64,000 nt of DNA from Pirellulales bacterium (GTDB lineage: Bacteria; Planctomycetota; Planctomycetia; Pirellulales; UBA1268). The stretch spans positions 1,632-65,631 of the forward strand of contig JBBAVV010000002.1 in NCBI GenBank assembly GCA_040397545.1, given 5' to 3'. A program made the position numbers and the translations under genes. Of the stretch, positions 44,639 through 54,388 are shown in pieces; within the stretch, counting starts at the first letter, position 1, and every line of letters starts with the position of its first letter. Below the pieces are notes generated by a model. It was not told the origin of the DNA and did not search any database. It saw nothing but the letters and a program-made list of their open reading frames with translations.

Positions 44639-44720
44639 GGAGGGTAAGCGAATGGTTAGCGGCCACACTGGAAATGTGGTGCCGGGAAACCGGTTGTGGG
44701 TTCGAATCCCATGCCCTCCG
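44639..44720 (+). tRNA. tRNA-Ser(GGA)-like gene, class II, with a weak D-stem
   Basis: Acceptor GGAGGGT/GCCCTCC. Anticodon stem CCACA/TGTGG with loop CTGGAAA (anticodon GGA). Long variable arm CCGG-GAAA-CCGG. T-arm GTGGG-TTCGAAT-CCCAT. The D-arm GCGAATGGTTAGCG pairs poorly in the canonical register, and position 8 is A. Confidence 0.65.
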
Positions 44721-44951
44721 CTCTGATAATGCCCCGGTCTCCACGCGACCGGGAGGGACCGAGGCCGGCCTGAAAACCGGCACCTCGCGCCTGCCGATCC
44801 CCCGCCCCCCGGCGGGCCTGCCAGCCTCTGCTCCACCGCTCACCGCCTCCCGCCCCTCGCCCGTTCTGTCTGCCCCCGCCGCTCCGCTCCGCCGCTCCGC
44901 CCTGCCGCCCGCCCGCCCCGCCCTGCCCCACCGAGCCCACCTCCCCCTTCG

Positions 44952-46751
44952 ATGGCCGTTCTCCTCGACATCAAGAACGCCACGAAGCGGTATGGCCATC
45001 AGGTCCTCCTCGAGGACGCCTCCGCCACGATCACCGACGACGGCAAGATCGGGTTCGTCGGCCGCAATGGCGCCGGCAAGAGCACCCTCCTGCGGATCAT
45101 CCTCGGCGAAGAGGAGCTCGACTCCGGCGACATCGTCCGCTTCCCCCGGCTCCGGTTGGGCTATTTGCGGCAGCATGATCCGTTTCTCCCCGGCGAGACG
45201 GCGCTCGAGTTTCTGATCCGCGACAGCTCCCAGCCCGACTGGAAGTGCGGCGAGGTCGCCGGCCAGTTCGAGCTCAAGACCGCCCAGCTCCAGGGCCCCG
45301 TCGCCAAGCTCTCCGGCGGCTGGCAGACGCGCGTCAAGCTCGCCGCGCTCCTCCTCCATGAGCCGACGCTCCTCCTCCTCGACGAACCGACCAACTTCCT
45401 CGACCTGCGGACGCAGATCCTCCTCGAGCACTTCCTCCGGGGCTACAAGGAAGCCTGCCTGATCGTCTCCCACGACCGGGCCTTCCTCGCCGCCACCTGC
45501 GACCAGACCCTCGACCTCTCCCACGGGAAACTGACCGTCTTCCCCGGGAAGGTCGACGCCTATCTCCAGTTCGAGAAGGAACAGCGCGAACACGTCGAGC
45601 GGACCAATGCCGCCGTCCTCGCCAAGCGCCGCCAGCTCGAAGACTTCATCAACCGCAACAAGGCCCGCGCCTCGACCGCCTCGCGGGCGAAGTCGAAGGA
45701 GAAGCAACTCGAGAAACTCGAGGTCGAGGAGCTCGTCGTCGACGCCCCCACCGCCGCCATCCGCTGCCCGCGCGTCTCGCCACGGAGAGGCCCGGCCGTC
45801 CGCTGCCGCGACCTGGCCGTCGGCTACCCTGACCGGACCGTCGCCGATGGGATCGACGTCGAGATCGTCCACGGCTCACGGGCCGCGATCGTCGGCGACA
45901 ACGGCCAGGGAAAGACGACCTTCCTACGGACGATCGTCGATTCGCTCCAGCCGATCAAAGGGGAGGTGAAGTGGGGCCACGGCTGCGAGGTCGGAATCTA
46001 CGCCCAGCATGTCTACACGAGCCTGACCGAAACCGACACCGTTCTCGGCTACCTCGAACGCTCGGCGATGATCGGTACGAAACAGCAGCAGATCCTCGAC
46101 CTCGCCGGCGCCATGCTCTTCCGCGGCAAGGCGGTGGAGAAGAAGGTCAAGGTCCTCTCCGGCGGTGAGCGGGCCCGGCTCTGCATGGCCGGATTGCTCC
46201 TCGGGCCCTTCAACGTTCTCGTTCTCGACGAACCGGGCAACCACCTCGATGTCGAGACCGTCGACGCCCTCGCCCAGGCTCTCCTCGCCTACGAAGGGAC
46301 CGTGATCTTCACCAGCCACGACCGGTCGTTCATGCAGACGGTGGCCACGAACGTCATCGAGGTCAAGGACGGCCGCGTCGTGAATTATCTTGGCGACTAT
46401 GGCGCCTACCTCGCCGCCGTCACCAAGGAGATCGACGACGCCGAGGCCGCCGACGGCGGGCGGCCGGCCGCGCGCAAGCCCCCGCCGGCCGACCGCGGCG
46501 GCAAGATGGTCGCGACCGCACCGGCCAAGGGGGAATCGCCCCGCAACGAGCGCGATCTGCGGCGCGAGCTCTCCAATCTCGAGCGCTCGATCGCCAAGCT
46601 CGACGCCGAGAAGAAGCAGGCCAACGCCGCGCTCCTGGCCGCCACCGATCCCGCCGAGGCTGTCCGCCTCCATGGCGAGATGACGGCCCTGGCCGGGAAG
46701 CTCTCCGAGGCAGAGGAGCGCTGGCTCGCGATCCAGGAACAGCTCGGCTGA
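44952..46751 (+). CDS. ABC-F family ATPase (two ABC domains, C-terminal coiled coil)
   Basis: Walker A GRNGAGKST and GDNGQGKTT. Signatures LSGGWQTRV and LSGGERARL. No TM domain. Charged helical tail. Confidence 0.9.
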   Translation: MAVLLDIKNATKRYGHQVLLEDASATITDDGKIGFVGRNGAGKSTLLRIILGEEELDSGDIVRFPRLRLGYLRQHDPFLPGETALEFLIRDSSQPDWKCGEVAGQFELKTAQLQGPVAKLSGGWQTRVKLAALLLHEPTLLLLDEPTNFLDLRTQILLEHFLRGYKEACLIVSHDRAFLAATCDQTLDLSHGKLTVFPGKVDAYLQFEKEQREHVERTNAAVLAKRRQLEDFINRNKARASTASRAKSKEKQLEKLEVEELVVDAPTAAIRCPRVSPRRGPAVRCRDLAVGYPDRTVADGIDVEIVHGSRAAIVGDNGQGKTTFLRTIVDSLQPIKGEVKWGHGCEVGIYAQHVYTSLTETDTVLGYLERSAMIGTKQQQILDLAGAMLFRGKAVEKKVKVLSGGERARLCMAGLLLGPFNVLVLDEPGNHLDVETVDALAQALLAYEGTVIFTSHDRSFMQTVATNVIEVKDGRVVNYLGDYGAYLAAVTKEIDDAEAADGGRPAARKPPPADRGGKMVATAPAKGESPRNERDLRRELSNLERSIAKLDAEKKQANAALLAATDPAEAVRLHGEMTALAGKLSEAEERWLAIQEQLG

Positions 46752-46805
46752 AGCCGGGGACGCCTGCCGCACCACCACCGCCGCTCCCCGGGCGAGTCAG
46801 CGCCG

Positions 46806-47540
46806 TCAGGCAAAGATCCGCCGCAGATCGGCCGGCCGGCGGAACGTCCCGTCGGGCTGGAAGCGGTTGACCGGGTGGGGAGCGATGGCTGAGCGCGGAT
46901 GAAAATCCTCGCGCCGCGTGAGCAACGCGATCGGCCGATTCAGAATCCCCTTCGAGGCCAGGAAGGCCGACCGATCGACGAGCTCCAGGGGAGAATTGTA
47001 GAAGGCGGGGAGATCCTCGAGCTCGTCGTGCGGATCGATCGCCGCGGCGTCGAGCATCCCCGGCAGCTGATACATCAGCGCCCAGCCGTAGATCTCGACC
47101 ACCCCGGGAGCGCGTTCGACGTGCACCCGATCCTCCCAGGGTTGGGACGGGGCCGGCGCCGCGGAGCCGGTGGGAGCGTCGCTCGCCGCGGCCAGCGGCG
47201 GGATCGACGTCACGTCGCAGCAGGAGACGAGCGCTGCGGCCACCCGGCAGGTCTCCCCGCGCTGTCGCCGCCAAGCCACGACCCGCTCGAGGTCGATCGG
47301 TCGCGAGGGGGCATCGGGGAGGAGCGACCGGCCCGGCAGAACGTCGACATGCCAGCTCCCGCGCGGGATTCCCCGCTCCGACCGCACCCAGCCCCCCAGC
47401 GAACGGGAGAGGATCGCCGGCCCGACGATGAGCGGACGGTAGAGGCGCCGCAGGGGCCGGCCCGATCGGTCGGCTGCCGAGGATTCCCAACCGACCAGCC
47501 GGACACGGGCTGATCGGATCCTGCCGAGGTTGTCGCTCAT
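46806..47540 (-). CDS. hypothetical protein (244 aa)
   Basis: Long ORF. The start was chosen at MSDNLGRIRSARVRL. No recognisable motif. Confidence 0.5.
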   Translation of the reverse strand: MSDNLGRIRSARVRLVGWESSAADRSGRPLRRLYRPLIVGPAILSRSLGGWVRSERGIPRGSWHVDVLPGRSLLPDAPSRPIDLERVVAWRRQRGETCRVAAALVSCCDVTSIPPLAAASDAPTGSAAPAPSQPWEDRVHVERAPGVVEIYGWALMYQLPGMLDAAAIDPHDELEDLPAFYNSPLELVDRSAFLASKGILNRPIALLTRREDFHPRSAIAPHPVNRFQPDGTFRRPADLRRIFA

Positions 47541-47909
47541 GGTGCGTCTCCTGGGAGGACCCCTGCATCTGCTGCAGGACCGATCCTCCAAAGATCAAGG
47601 CGTACAGACGAGCCAAAACCGGACGCTCCCCGGGGAAAATCCGCATCTGCCCGGTTCCACCCGGTGTTTTCGCTCCTTCCCCCGCTCCTCCGCAAGCTCG
47701 ATCGACGGGGCCGGCTGCCGTCGGAGCGCCGCGCCGCCCCAGGCACCGGTGGCGGAAAACTGAAAAAAGCTCTCTGTCGGAGGGCCGGAGGAAAAACGGC
47801 GCCGCTTTCGGGGTACCGGCCGCGCGCTTGCCGATGCGACACTGCATGCTCCACCCAGCCACGGCGGACCCCCCTCGGCTCCCCCTCCGATCCCCTGCCG
47901 ATCCTCTTC

Positions 47910-49274
47910 ATGTCCATGTCCATGCCCCCTGCCCTGTTTCCCCCGTGTCCGCCGTCTGGCGATTTCCCCCCGATCCCGAGCACCGGGCTCGCTTGGCTGC
48001 GCGACATGGTCGCCCGGCGCTCCGCGGCATCCGCGATCCTCGGCCGGGGGGCCCTTGCCACCGGGGAGACGTGGCAGGCCCACCGGCTGACGAGCCAAGC
48101 CTGGCGCGGAGCGGATTGGGTCCACGAGCTCGACATCGTTCTCCCCGCGCGGCCCACGGTCGGCCACGGCCCGATGCTGCTGTGGGTCGGCGGCGGCACC
48201 AGCGCCGAGCTGCCCGCCGCCGGCACGAGTCTCGGGGAGGCCCCCCGGGGGGTCGGCTGGCTGGCCCCCCTCGTCGCGGCCACCGGCCTCCCAGCGGCAC
48301 TGGTCCGGCAGGTCCCGAACCAGCCGTTGTGTGGCGGGATGGTCGAGGATGACCTCGTGGCCCATTCGTTCGTCGAGTTCGTCCGCAGCGGCGAGCGCGA
48401 CTGGCCGCTCCTCCTGCCGATGACCGCCGCGGTCGCCGCCGCGATGGACACCGCTGGCGCGGCAGCCGGCGCGGATCGATTCCGGGTCGAAGGCTTCGTG
48501 CTCGGCGGCACGAGCAAGCGCGGCTGGGCGAGTTGGCTCGCCGCGGCGGCCGACGACCGGGTGCTCGGCCTCGTGCCGGCGGTCATCGACATGCTCCGCC
48601 TCGATCGCCATGTGCCGCTGCAGCTGGCAACCTTCGGCGGGCGGATGTCGGAGCGGCTCGACGACTACACCTCGCGTGGCATCGAGCAGATCCTCGTCAC
48701 CCCGCGCGGCCGGGAGCTGATCGACGTCGTCGACCCCTGGTCGCACCGCGCCCACCTCGGCCAGCCGAAGATCGTGGCGCTGGGAACGAACGACCCGTAC
48801 TGGCCACTCGGGGCGCTCGATCTCTATCTCGACGGGCTCCCCGGAACGACCGCCGTCTCCTACGCCCCCAATGCCGGCCACGGGATCCCCGGCGACCGAC
48901 TCCCCGGTCTCCTCACGGCCCTCCTCCTCCATGTCGCCGGAAGCCGTCCTCTTCCCCGGCTCCGCTGGTCGTTCGAGCCCCGCCCCGCCGGCTCCCTGGC
49001 CTGCCTCGCGTGCGACGAAACGCCGACGGAGATCATCGCCTGGCAGGCCAGCGCCGACGGGCCCGACTTCCGCGCTGCCCGCTGGACGCCGAGCCCCCAC
49101 CGCGGCGCGCGCGATCCGGCTGGCGGCGGATGGATCGTGCCGCTGTGCCCCGGTGGCCAGCGGTGGAGCGCGGCGCTCGTCGAATGCCGCTTCGACCGTC
49201 TTGCTCACCCGCTGTGGCTGACGACGAGCGTCCACCGGCTGCCCCCTGTGTCGCTCGCCTCCGACAGCCGCTAG
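47910..49274 (+). CDS. PhoPQ-activated pathogenicity-related (PqaA-type) alpha/beta-hydrolase-like protein
   Basis: WVHELDIVLP, VLGGTSKRGWASWLAAAADDRVLGLVPAVIDMLRLD, and ALGTNDPYWP patterns. The start is uncertain (GTG 47664 to ATG 47910). Confidence 0.6.
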   Translation: MSMSMPPALFPPCPPSGDFPPIPSTGLAWLRDMVARRSAASAILGRGALATGETWQAHRLTSQAWRGADWVHELDIVLPARPTVGHGPMLLWVGGGTSAELPAAGTSLGEAPRGVGWLAPLVAATGLPAALVRQVPNQPLCGGMVEDDLVAHSFVEFVRSGERDWPLLLPMTAAVAAAMDTAGAAAGADRFRVEGFVLGGTSKRGWASWLAAAADDRVLGLVPAVIDMLRLDRHVPLQLATFGGRMSERLDDYTSRGIEQILVTPRGRELIDVVDPWSHRAHLGQPKIVALGTNDPYWPLGALDLYLDGLPGTTAVSYAPNAGHGIPGDRLPGLLTALLLHVAGSRPLPRLRWSFEPRPAGSLACLACDETPTEIIAWQASADGPDFRAARWTPSPHRGARDPAGGGWIVPLCPGGQRWSAALVECRFDRLAHPLWLTTSVHRLPPVSLASDSR

Positions 49275-49345
49275 GCTTCGCTCTGCCTTCCGGCGCCTGC
49301 TGCTGCTCTCGCCTGCCCAACCTTGCCCTTCTTGGTGCCCCGCCG

Positions 49346-49843
49346 ATGCGCTGGTTCTGGATCGACCGCTGCACCGAGTTCGTCCGCCACACGCGGGCCA
49401 CGGCCATCAAGGCGGTCACGCTCGCCGAGGGGCATCTCCACGATCATTTCCCCGGAGCGCCGATCGTACCGGCAACGCTGATCCTCGAGGGGATGGCGCA
49501 AACCGGCGGGCTGCTCGTCGCCGACCACCTCGATTACAAGCTCCAGGTTGTCCTCGCCAAGGTGGCGGCGGCCGACTTCCGCTTCGAGGCGGTTCCCGGC
49601 GATGTCCTCCGCTTCGAGGCGGTGCTTGTCGAGACGATGCCGAGCGGGTCGCTCGTCAGGGTCACCACCCGGGTCGGCGACCGGATCCAGGGGGAGGCCG
49701 AGTTGTTCTTCGGGCACCTCGTGGCGGGGACGGCGATCCCCAAGCTCTTCAAGGACGGGGAGATGCTCACCTGGATCGACCAGCTGCGGATCTGCGAGGT
49801 GGCCACGAACCCCGACGGCTCGAAGGCGCCGCGGATGGTGTGA
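49346..49843 (+). CDS. FabA/FabZ-like hotdog-fold dehydratase
   Basis: HLHDHFPGAPIVPATLILEGMAQTGG active-site-type motif. 165 aa. Confidence 0.7.
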   Translation: MRWFWIDRCTEFVRHTRATAIKAVTLAEGHLHDHFPGAPIVPATLILEGMAQTGGLLVADHLDYKLQVVLAKVAAADFRFEAVPGDVLRFEAVLVETMPSGSLVRVTTRVGDRIQGEAELFFGHLVAGTAIPKLFKDGEMLTWIDQLRICEVATNPDGSKAPRMV

Positions 49844-49858
49844 CGCTGCGCCCGCCGG

Positions 49859-51322
49859 TCATGGTCGAGCGGTGAGCTTCTCCAGCGCCCCCAGCGGCAC
49901 TTCGACCCAGTCGGGGCGGTTGGCCAGTTCGTAGGCCAACTCATAGACCGCCTTGTCGAGCGTGAAGGCGGCGAGCAGGCGCCGCTCCTCGTCGGCATCG
50001 GCCGGCCACCAGGGCTCCCCTGCGGCGCCGCGGCGGTAGGCCGCGAGGAACGCGTGGGCGAGCGGGGCCGGATCACCATGGCCAAGCCCGTGGATCCGAT
50101 CGACATGCGTGTATAAATAGTCGAAAGAGCGCAGCATCCCCGCCACATCCTTGGCGGCACTGGTCTTGGTGCGACGCTCGGCGATCGACCGTGTCGGCTC
50201 CCCCTCGAAGTCGATCGGCATCACCCGCTCGGCGCTTGCATCGACGAGCACCTGGCCGAGGTGATAATCGCCATGAACGCGGATGTCGGCGGCCGTCGTA
50301 CCGGCGGCGGCGAGCTTTTCGAGCTCGGCGCTGATGCCGGGGGCCAGCTCGGCCAGGTGGGCGAGCCGGGGGGCGAGCGCCGGCGACGAGGGCGCGGCGA
50401 GCGCGGAAGCGGCGAGGACGTTGCGGGCGTGGGTGGCGAGCCGGTGGCCGAGCGCGCGGCGCCCCGCGGCCGTGGCCGGCTCGGGGGCGAAGTCGGGAAA
50501 ATCGCCGCGCGAGGCGAGGGCCCGGTGCATCTGCGCGGTCGCTGTGCCGAGCCGACGGGCCAACTCAAGAATCGGCTCCCTGTTGGCCTCGTCGAGCCCG
50601 CCGTCGGCCAGCCACCCGACGAGCACGTCCCAGGCGCTCGTGCAGCCGGGCTCGAAGGTGTGGAGCGTGGCCACGGCCGAGGGCTCGCCATCCAGCGCTG
50701 CCGGGAGATACTCGACCCAGCCCCGCAGCCCGGGCGTTCCCCGCCAGTCGGTCGAGGTGGCGAAAAACCGGCCGAACTCGACCTCGGGATGGAGCCCCGG
50801 CCGCGCCTGCCGCAGAAGCTTGAGCACGAGAGCGCCGTCCGGCGCGGCTCCCCCCTCGATGACCAGCGAGGTGTTTGACGCGTCCGCGCCGAGGGGCCGG
50901 ACCCGGAGCCCGGCGGTGGGAAATGCCGAGCGGGGGAGCGGGGCGTCTTCGGACCCGCGCGCCCCGACGGGCCGACCGACGAGGCTTCCCTGGAGGCCCG
51001 TCACTTGCCCTCCGCCGAGCGCGAGCATGGCGAGCGCTGCGGCGAGTGCCGGATCGGCTGCTGCGTCGCGGCCGGTGAGCGGATCGACCGGGATGACGAG
51101 CTCCGCTCCGGCGCTGTCGACGAGCGCGACGGCCAGCCCCCCCGTCCCCGGGATCTCCATCCGATCGATGACGCGGACGCTGCCGGCAGCGCGGTCCTTG
51201 CCCGGAAACCAGCGGGCTGTCGGGAGCCACGGAGCGATTCGGGCCGCGAGGTCGGCAAGCGCCCCGGCAGAATCGGCAGGAGTGGCAGGAGTGGCAGGAT
51301 GGTCGTGGGCTTCAGCGGACAC
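49859..51322 (-). CDS. mak: maltokinase (maltose 1-phosphate forming), Pep2/Mak-like
   Basis: Kinase motif IRVHGDYHLGQVLVD, then IDFEGEP. Overlaps the glgE stop by 11 nt. Confidence 0.75.
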   Translation of the reverse strand: MSAEAHDHPATPATPADSAGALADLAARIAPWLPTARWFPGKDRAAGSVRVIDRMEIPGTGGLAVALVDSAGAELVIPVDPLTGRDAAADPALAAALAMLALGGGQVTGLQGSLVGRPVGARGSEDAPLPRSAFPTAGLRVRPLGADASNTSLVIEGGAAPDGALVLKLLRQARPGLHPEVEFGRFFATSTDWRGTPGLRGWVEYLPAALDGEPSAVATLHTFEPGCTSAWDVLVGWLADGGLDEANREPILELARRLGTATAQMHRALASRGDFPDFAPEPATAAGRRALGHRLATHARNVLAASALAAPSSPALAPRLAHLAELAPGISAELEKLAAAGTTAADIRVHGDYHLGQVLVDASAERVMPIDFEGEPTRSIAERRTKTSAAKDVAGMLRSFDYLYTHVDRIHGLGHGDPAPLAHAFLAAYRRGAAGEPWWPADADEERRLLAAFTLDKAVYELAYELANRPDWVEVPLGALEKLTARP

Positions 51323-53321
51323 AGGCGAGGGGCTCCGGGGTGAGGCGGAGAACGTGGAGCGGCTTCGAGGGCGTGCAGACGATGCGCGGAGTGAAGCCCA
51401 CCGGCCAGCGCTCGTCTGCCGCGGTGAGGAGATCGTGGACCTGGATCGCCTCCGCCCGATCGAGCCCGAGGGGGGCCCGGTCGAGGTGGAGGAGGCCGGC
51501 GCGGGAACGATTCGGCTCGAGGTTCACGATCACGAGGATCATGGTGCCACTGGCGGGGTCGTGGCGGACCCAGGCGAGGAGATGGTCGTCGTCGATCGTC
51601 TGTACCAGCGGCGGTCGATTGAGCACGAAGCTCGGCTCGGCGCGGCGGATCTGATTGAGCCGGGCGATGAACGGCGCGAGGCTCCCGGGGGCGTCGAGAT
51701 CGCGGTGCCGCAGTTGGTATTTCTCCGAGTCGAGGTATTCCTCGCTTCCCGGTCGGTGGGGCTCGGCTTCGAGGAGCTCCATCGCCGGTCCGTAGATCCC
51801 CCAGGTGCCGACCGAGAGCGCGGCGAGGGCCAGCCGGACCTCGAACATCGGCCGGCCCCCCTCCTGGAGCGTGGCGTGGAGGATGTCGGGGGTGTTCGGC
51901 CAGAAGGCGGGGCGGAAGAAATCGGCGAGCGGCGGCGTCGTCACCTCCGTGAGGTAGTCGGCCGTCTCCTCCTTGCCGGTCCGCCAGGTGAAGTAGGTGT
52001 ACGACTGCGTGAAGCCGAGCTTGGCAAGGCGGAACATCGTTTTTGGCCGGGTGAAGGCCTCGGAAAGGAAGAGGACGTCGGGGTGATCGCCATGGACCTC
52101 CGTGATCAGCCATTCCCAGAACGCGAACGGTTTGGTGTGGGGATTGTCGACCCGGAAGATCTTCACCCCCTCTCCCACCCAGAAGAGGACGACCTCCAGA
52201 AGCGCCTGCCAGAGCGCCTCCCACGCCGGGCAGGCGAAATCGAAGGGGACGATGTCCTGATACTTCTTCGGCGGATTCTCGGCGTAGCGGATCGTGCCGT
52301 CGGGGCGATGGCGGAACCACTCCGGATGCGCGCTGACCCAGGGATGATCGGGAGCGCACTGGACTGCGAGATCGAGGGCCAGCTCGAGCCCCAAGCCCGC
52401 CGCCCGGTGGCGGAGCCGGGCGAAGTCGGTGTGGTCCCCCAGCGCGGGATGAATGGCCGTGTGCCCCCCCTCGGCGGCCCCGATCGCCCACGGGCTGCCG
52501 ACGTCGTCCGGGGCTGCGGTGACGGTATTGTTGCGCCCCTTGCGATGGGCGCGGCCGATGGGGTGGATCGGTGTCAGGTAGAGGACGTCAAATCCCATCT
52601 GTTGCACATATTCGAGTCGCTCGGCGAGGTCGGCCAACGTGCCGTGCCTCCCCGGCTCCCCCGACCAGGAGCGGGGAAAGACCTCGTACCAGCTCCCCAC
52701 CGCCGCCCGATGGCGATCGACCCACACCGGCCGGGGCGCTGCGAGGTGGACGGCGGTGCCGGTGGTGTCGGCCACGAGGCGGGCCGCCCGGGCCATCGAT
52801 TCGACGAGCCCCGCAGCGGCAGCCAGCGTCGGCCAGTCGTCGTCGTCGAACCGCGCACAGGCCGCCTCGAGGACGGCGCGGAGGGGGGCCGGAGCCTGCG
52901 CGGCGACGGTGCTGACCAGCGCCCGCCCCACCGCCCGTTCCGCCGTCACCGGCTCCCCCGCTTCCAGCCGCCGGGCGAGGTCCCGGAGCCAGGAGGCGTA
53001 GTCGTCGACTCGGGCGACGACGTCGTATTCCCAAGCGCCGATCCGCTCCAAGGGCACCGTGCCGAGCCAGGCATCGTTGCCGATGCAGACCATCGGCACG
53101 TCGATCCAGGGGCCGGACGTGCCGGGGCGAACGCGGAGCCGGCAGTCGAGCTCGTCGTGGCCGTCGCAGACGATGTCGGCGCCGACGACGAGCGCCTCCC
53201 CGACGACCCGTTTGACGGCGAACCGGCCTCCGTCGACCTCCGGGCTGACCCGGTCGATCGCGACCCGCGACGGGGCCATGGGGAGCGTGGCGGCCGGGCC
53301 GATCTGCCGGGGGGAAGGCAT
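51312..53321 (-). CDS. glgE: alpha-1,4-glucan:maltose-1-phosphate maltosyltransferase
   Basis: N-terminal RVAIDRVSPEVDGGRFAVKRVVGE. GH13 core motifs VLYLTPIHPIG, FRVDNPHTKP, LFLSEAFT. 669 aa. Confidence 0.85.
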   Translation of the reverse strand: MPSPRQIGPAATLPMAPSRVAIDRVSPEVDGGRFAVKRVVGEALVVGADIVCDGHDELDCRLRVRPGTSGPWIDVPMVCIGNDAWLGTVPLERIGAWEYDVVARVDDYASWLRDLARRLEAGEPVTAERAVGRALVSTVAAQAPAPLRAVLEAACARFDDDDWPTLAAAAGLVESMARAARLVADTTGTAVHLAAPRPVWVDRHRAAVGSWYEVFPRSWSGEPGRHGTLADLAERLEYVQQMGFDVLYLTPIHPIGRAHRKGRNNTVTAAPDDVGSPWAIGAAEGGHTAIHPALGDHTDFARLRHRAAGLGLELALDLAVQCAPDHPWVSAHPEWFRHRPDGTIRYAENPPKKYQDIVPFDFACPAWEALWQALLEVVLFWVGEGVKIFRVDNPHTKPFAFWEWLITEVHGDHPDVLFLSEAFTRPKTMFRLAKLGFTQSYTYFTWRTGKEETADYLTEVTTPPLADFFRPAFWPNTPDILHATLQEGGRPMFEVRLALAALSVGTWGIYGPAMELLEAEPHRPGSEEYLDSEKYQLRHRDLDAPGSLAPFIARLNQIRRAEPSFVLNRPPLVQTIDDDHLLAWVRHDPASGTMILVIVNLEPNRSRAGLLHLDRAPLGLDRAEAIQVHDLLTAADERWPVGFTPRIVCTPSKPLHVLRLTPEPLACVR

Positions 53322-53492
53322 GAGAAACTCCGGGCGGAGCCGACGCGGCCGGGGGGGGCCGGCGCTGGCGGGGAGGGAGCGGGCGGGGAGGGAGACGCGG
53401 AGGGCGGAAGGGAGTGTAGAAAAAGATCCGGCGGAGCGGCGACCGATCGTCTGCCCCCCTCCGCCCCCAGCCCCTCACCCCGAGGCTCCGCG

Positions 53493-54377
53493 ATGTCGCC
53501 CGCTGCCGATGAAGCTGCCCCCCCGACGGTCGATGTCGAGATCCCCGTCGATGTCGCCGGTCGGCGGCGCACGGCCGTGTGCTGTGTGCCGGACGTTCCC
53601 CCGCCGGCCGCCGGCTGGCCGGTCGTGCTCGCCTTCCATGGTGGGCAGAGCCACCCCCGGCAGATGCGCGGGTTCTCCGGGCTTGACGACCTCGCCGCGG
53701 CGGGGGAAGCGGTCGTCGTCTATCCGGCGGGGACCGGCAGCCGGGAGGGAGTTTTGACGTGGAACGGCGGCAACTGCTGCGGGGAGGCTCTCGCGTCGGC
53801 CAGTGACGATGTCGGCTTCGTCGCCGCGCTCCTCGATCGGTTGATCGGGCGGCTGCCGGTCGACCCGCGGCGGATCCATGCCACGGGGATGTCGAACGGG
53901 GCGATGATGGCCTATCGAGTGGGGGCTGAATTGGCGGGGAGGATCGCCTCGATCGCGCCGGTAGCCGGCCCGCTTGCGCTCGCCCGGATCGCCCCCTCCC
54001 GCCCTGTGCCGGTTCTCCATTTCCACGGCTCGCTCGACCAATTCACGCCGCTGGAGGGGGGCGTGGGGCGGCGAAGCGTAACCGGCACCCACCATCGCGG
54101 CATCGTCGCCGGGCTCCTCGACTGGGTGCGGGCCAACGAGCTCGATCCGGAAGCGGTGCGGACGTCGATCCCCACGACCGATGCCGGGATCACGATCGAA
54201 CGGATCGCCTGGGGAAGCTCTGACGAGGCGGAGGTGGTGCTCTACCGGATCGACGGGGCGGGGCACACCTGGCCGGGGCGCGTGCCCGATTCGTTCTACC
54301 TCGGCACGTCAGCCGTCGGCTTCCCCGCCAACCCGCTGATCCTCGACTTCTTTCGGCGGCATCCCCTCCCCGGTTGA
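53493..54377 (+). CDS. PHB-depolymerase/LpqC-family esterase
   Basis: PVVLAFHGG, nucleophile elbow ATGMSNGAMMAY, and VLHFHGSLD. Only the last 294 codons of track ORF 50283-54377 are used. Confidence 0.7.
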   Translation: MSPAADEAAPPTVDVEIPVDVAGRRRTAVCCVPDVPPPAAGWPVVLAFHGGQSHPRQMRGFSGLDDLAAAGEAVVVYPAGTGSREGVLTWNGGNCCGEALASASDDVGFVAALLDRLIGRLPVDPRRIHATGMSNGAMMAYRVGAELAGRIASIAPVAGPLALARIAPSRPVPVLHFHGSLDQFTPLEGGVGRRSVTGTHHRGIVAGLLDWVRANELDPEAVRTSIPTTDAGITIERIAWGSSDEAEVVLYRIDGAGHTWPGRVPDSFYLGTSAVGFPANPLILDFFRRHPLPG

Positions 54378-54388
54378 TCCCGGCGGCT

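Noticed and set aside
44133-45872. 579-aa minus-strand ORF spanning the tRNA and ABC-F 5' half
   Set aside because: It is antisense to the ABC-F gene, which has canonical Walker and signature motifs, and it runs through the tRNA-like gene.
47595-49235. 546-aa minus-strand ORF
   Set aside because: It is antisense to the PqaA-type hydrolase gene.
50283-54377. 1364-aa plus-strand ORF, the longest in the track
   Set aside because: Its first ~1070 codons run antisense to the well-supported mak and glgE genes and give Arg/Pro/Gly-rich low-complexity sequence. Only the last 294 codons (from ATG 53493) look like a real protein, an esterase.
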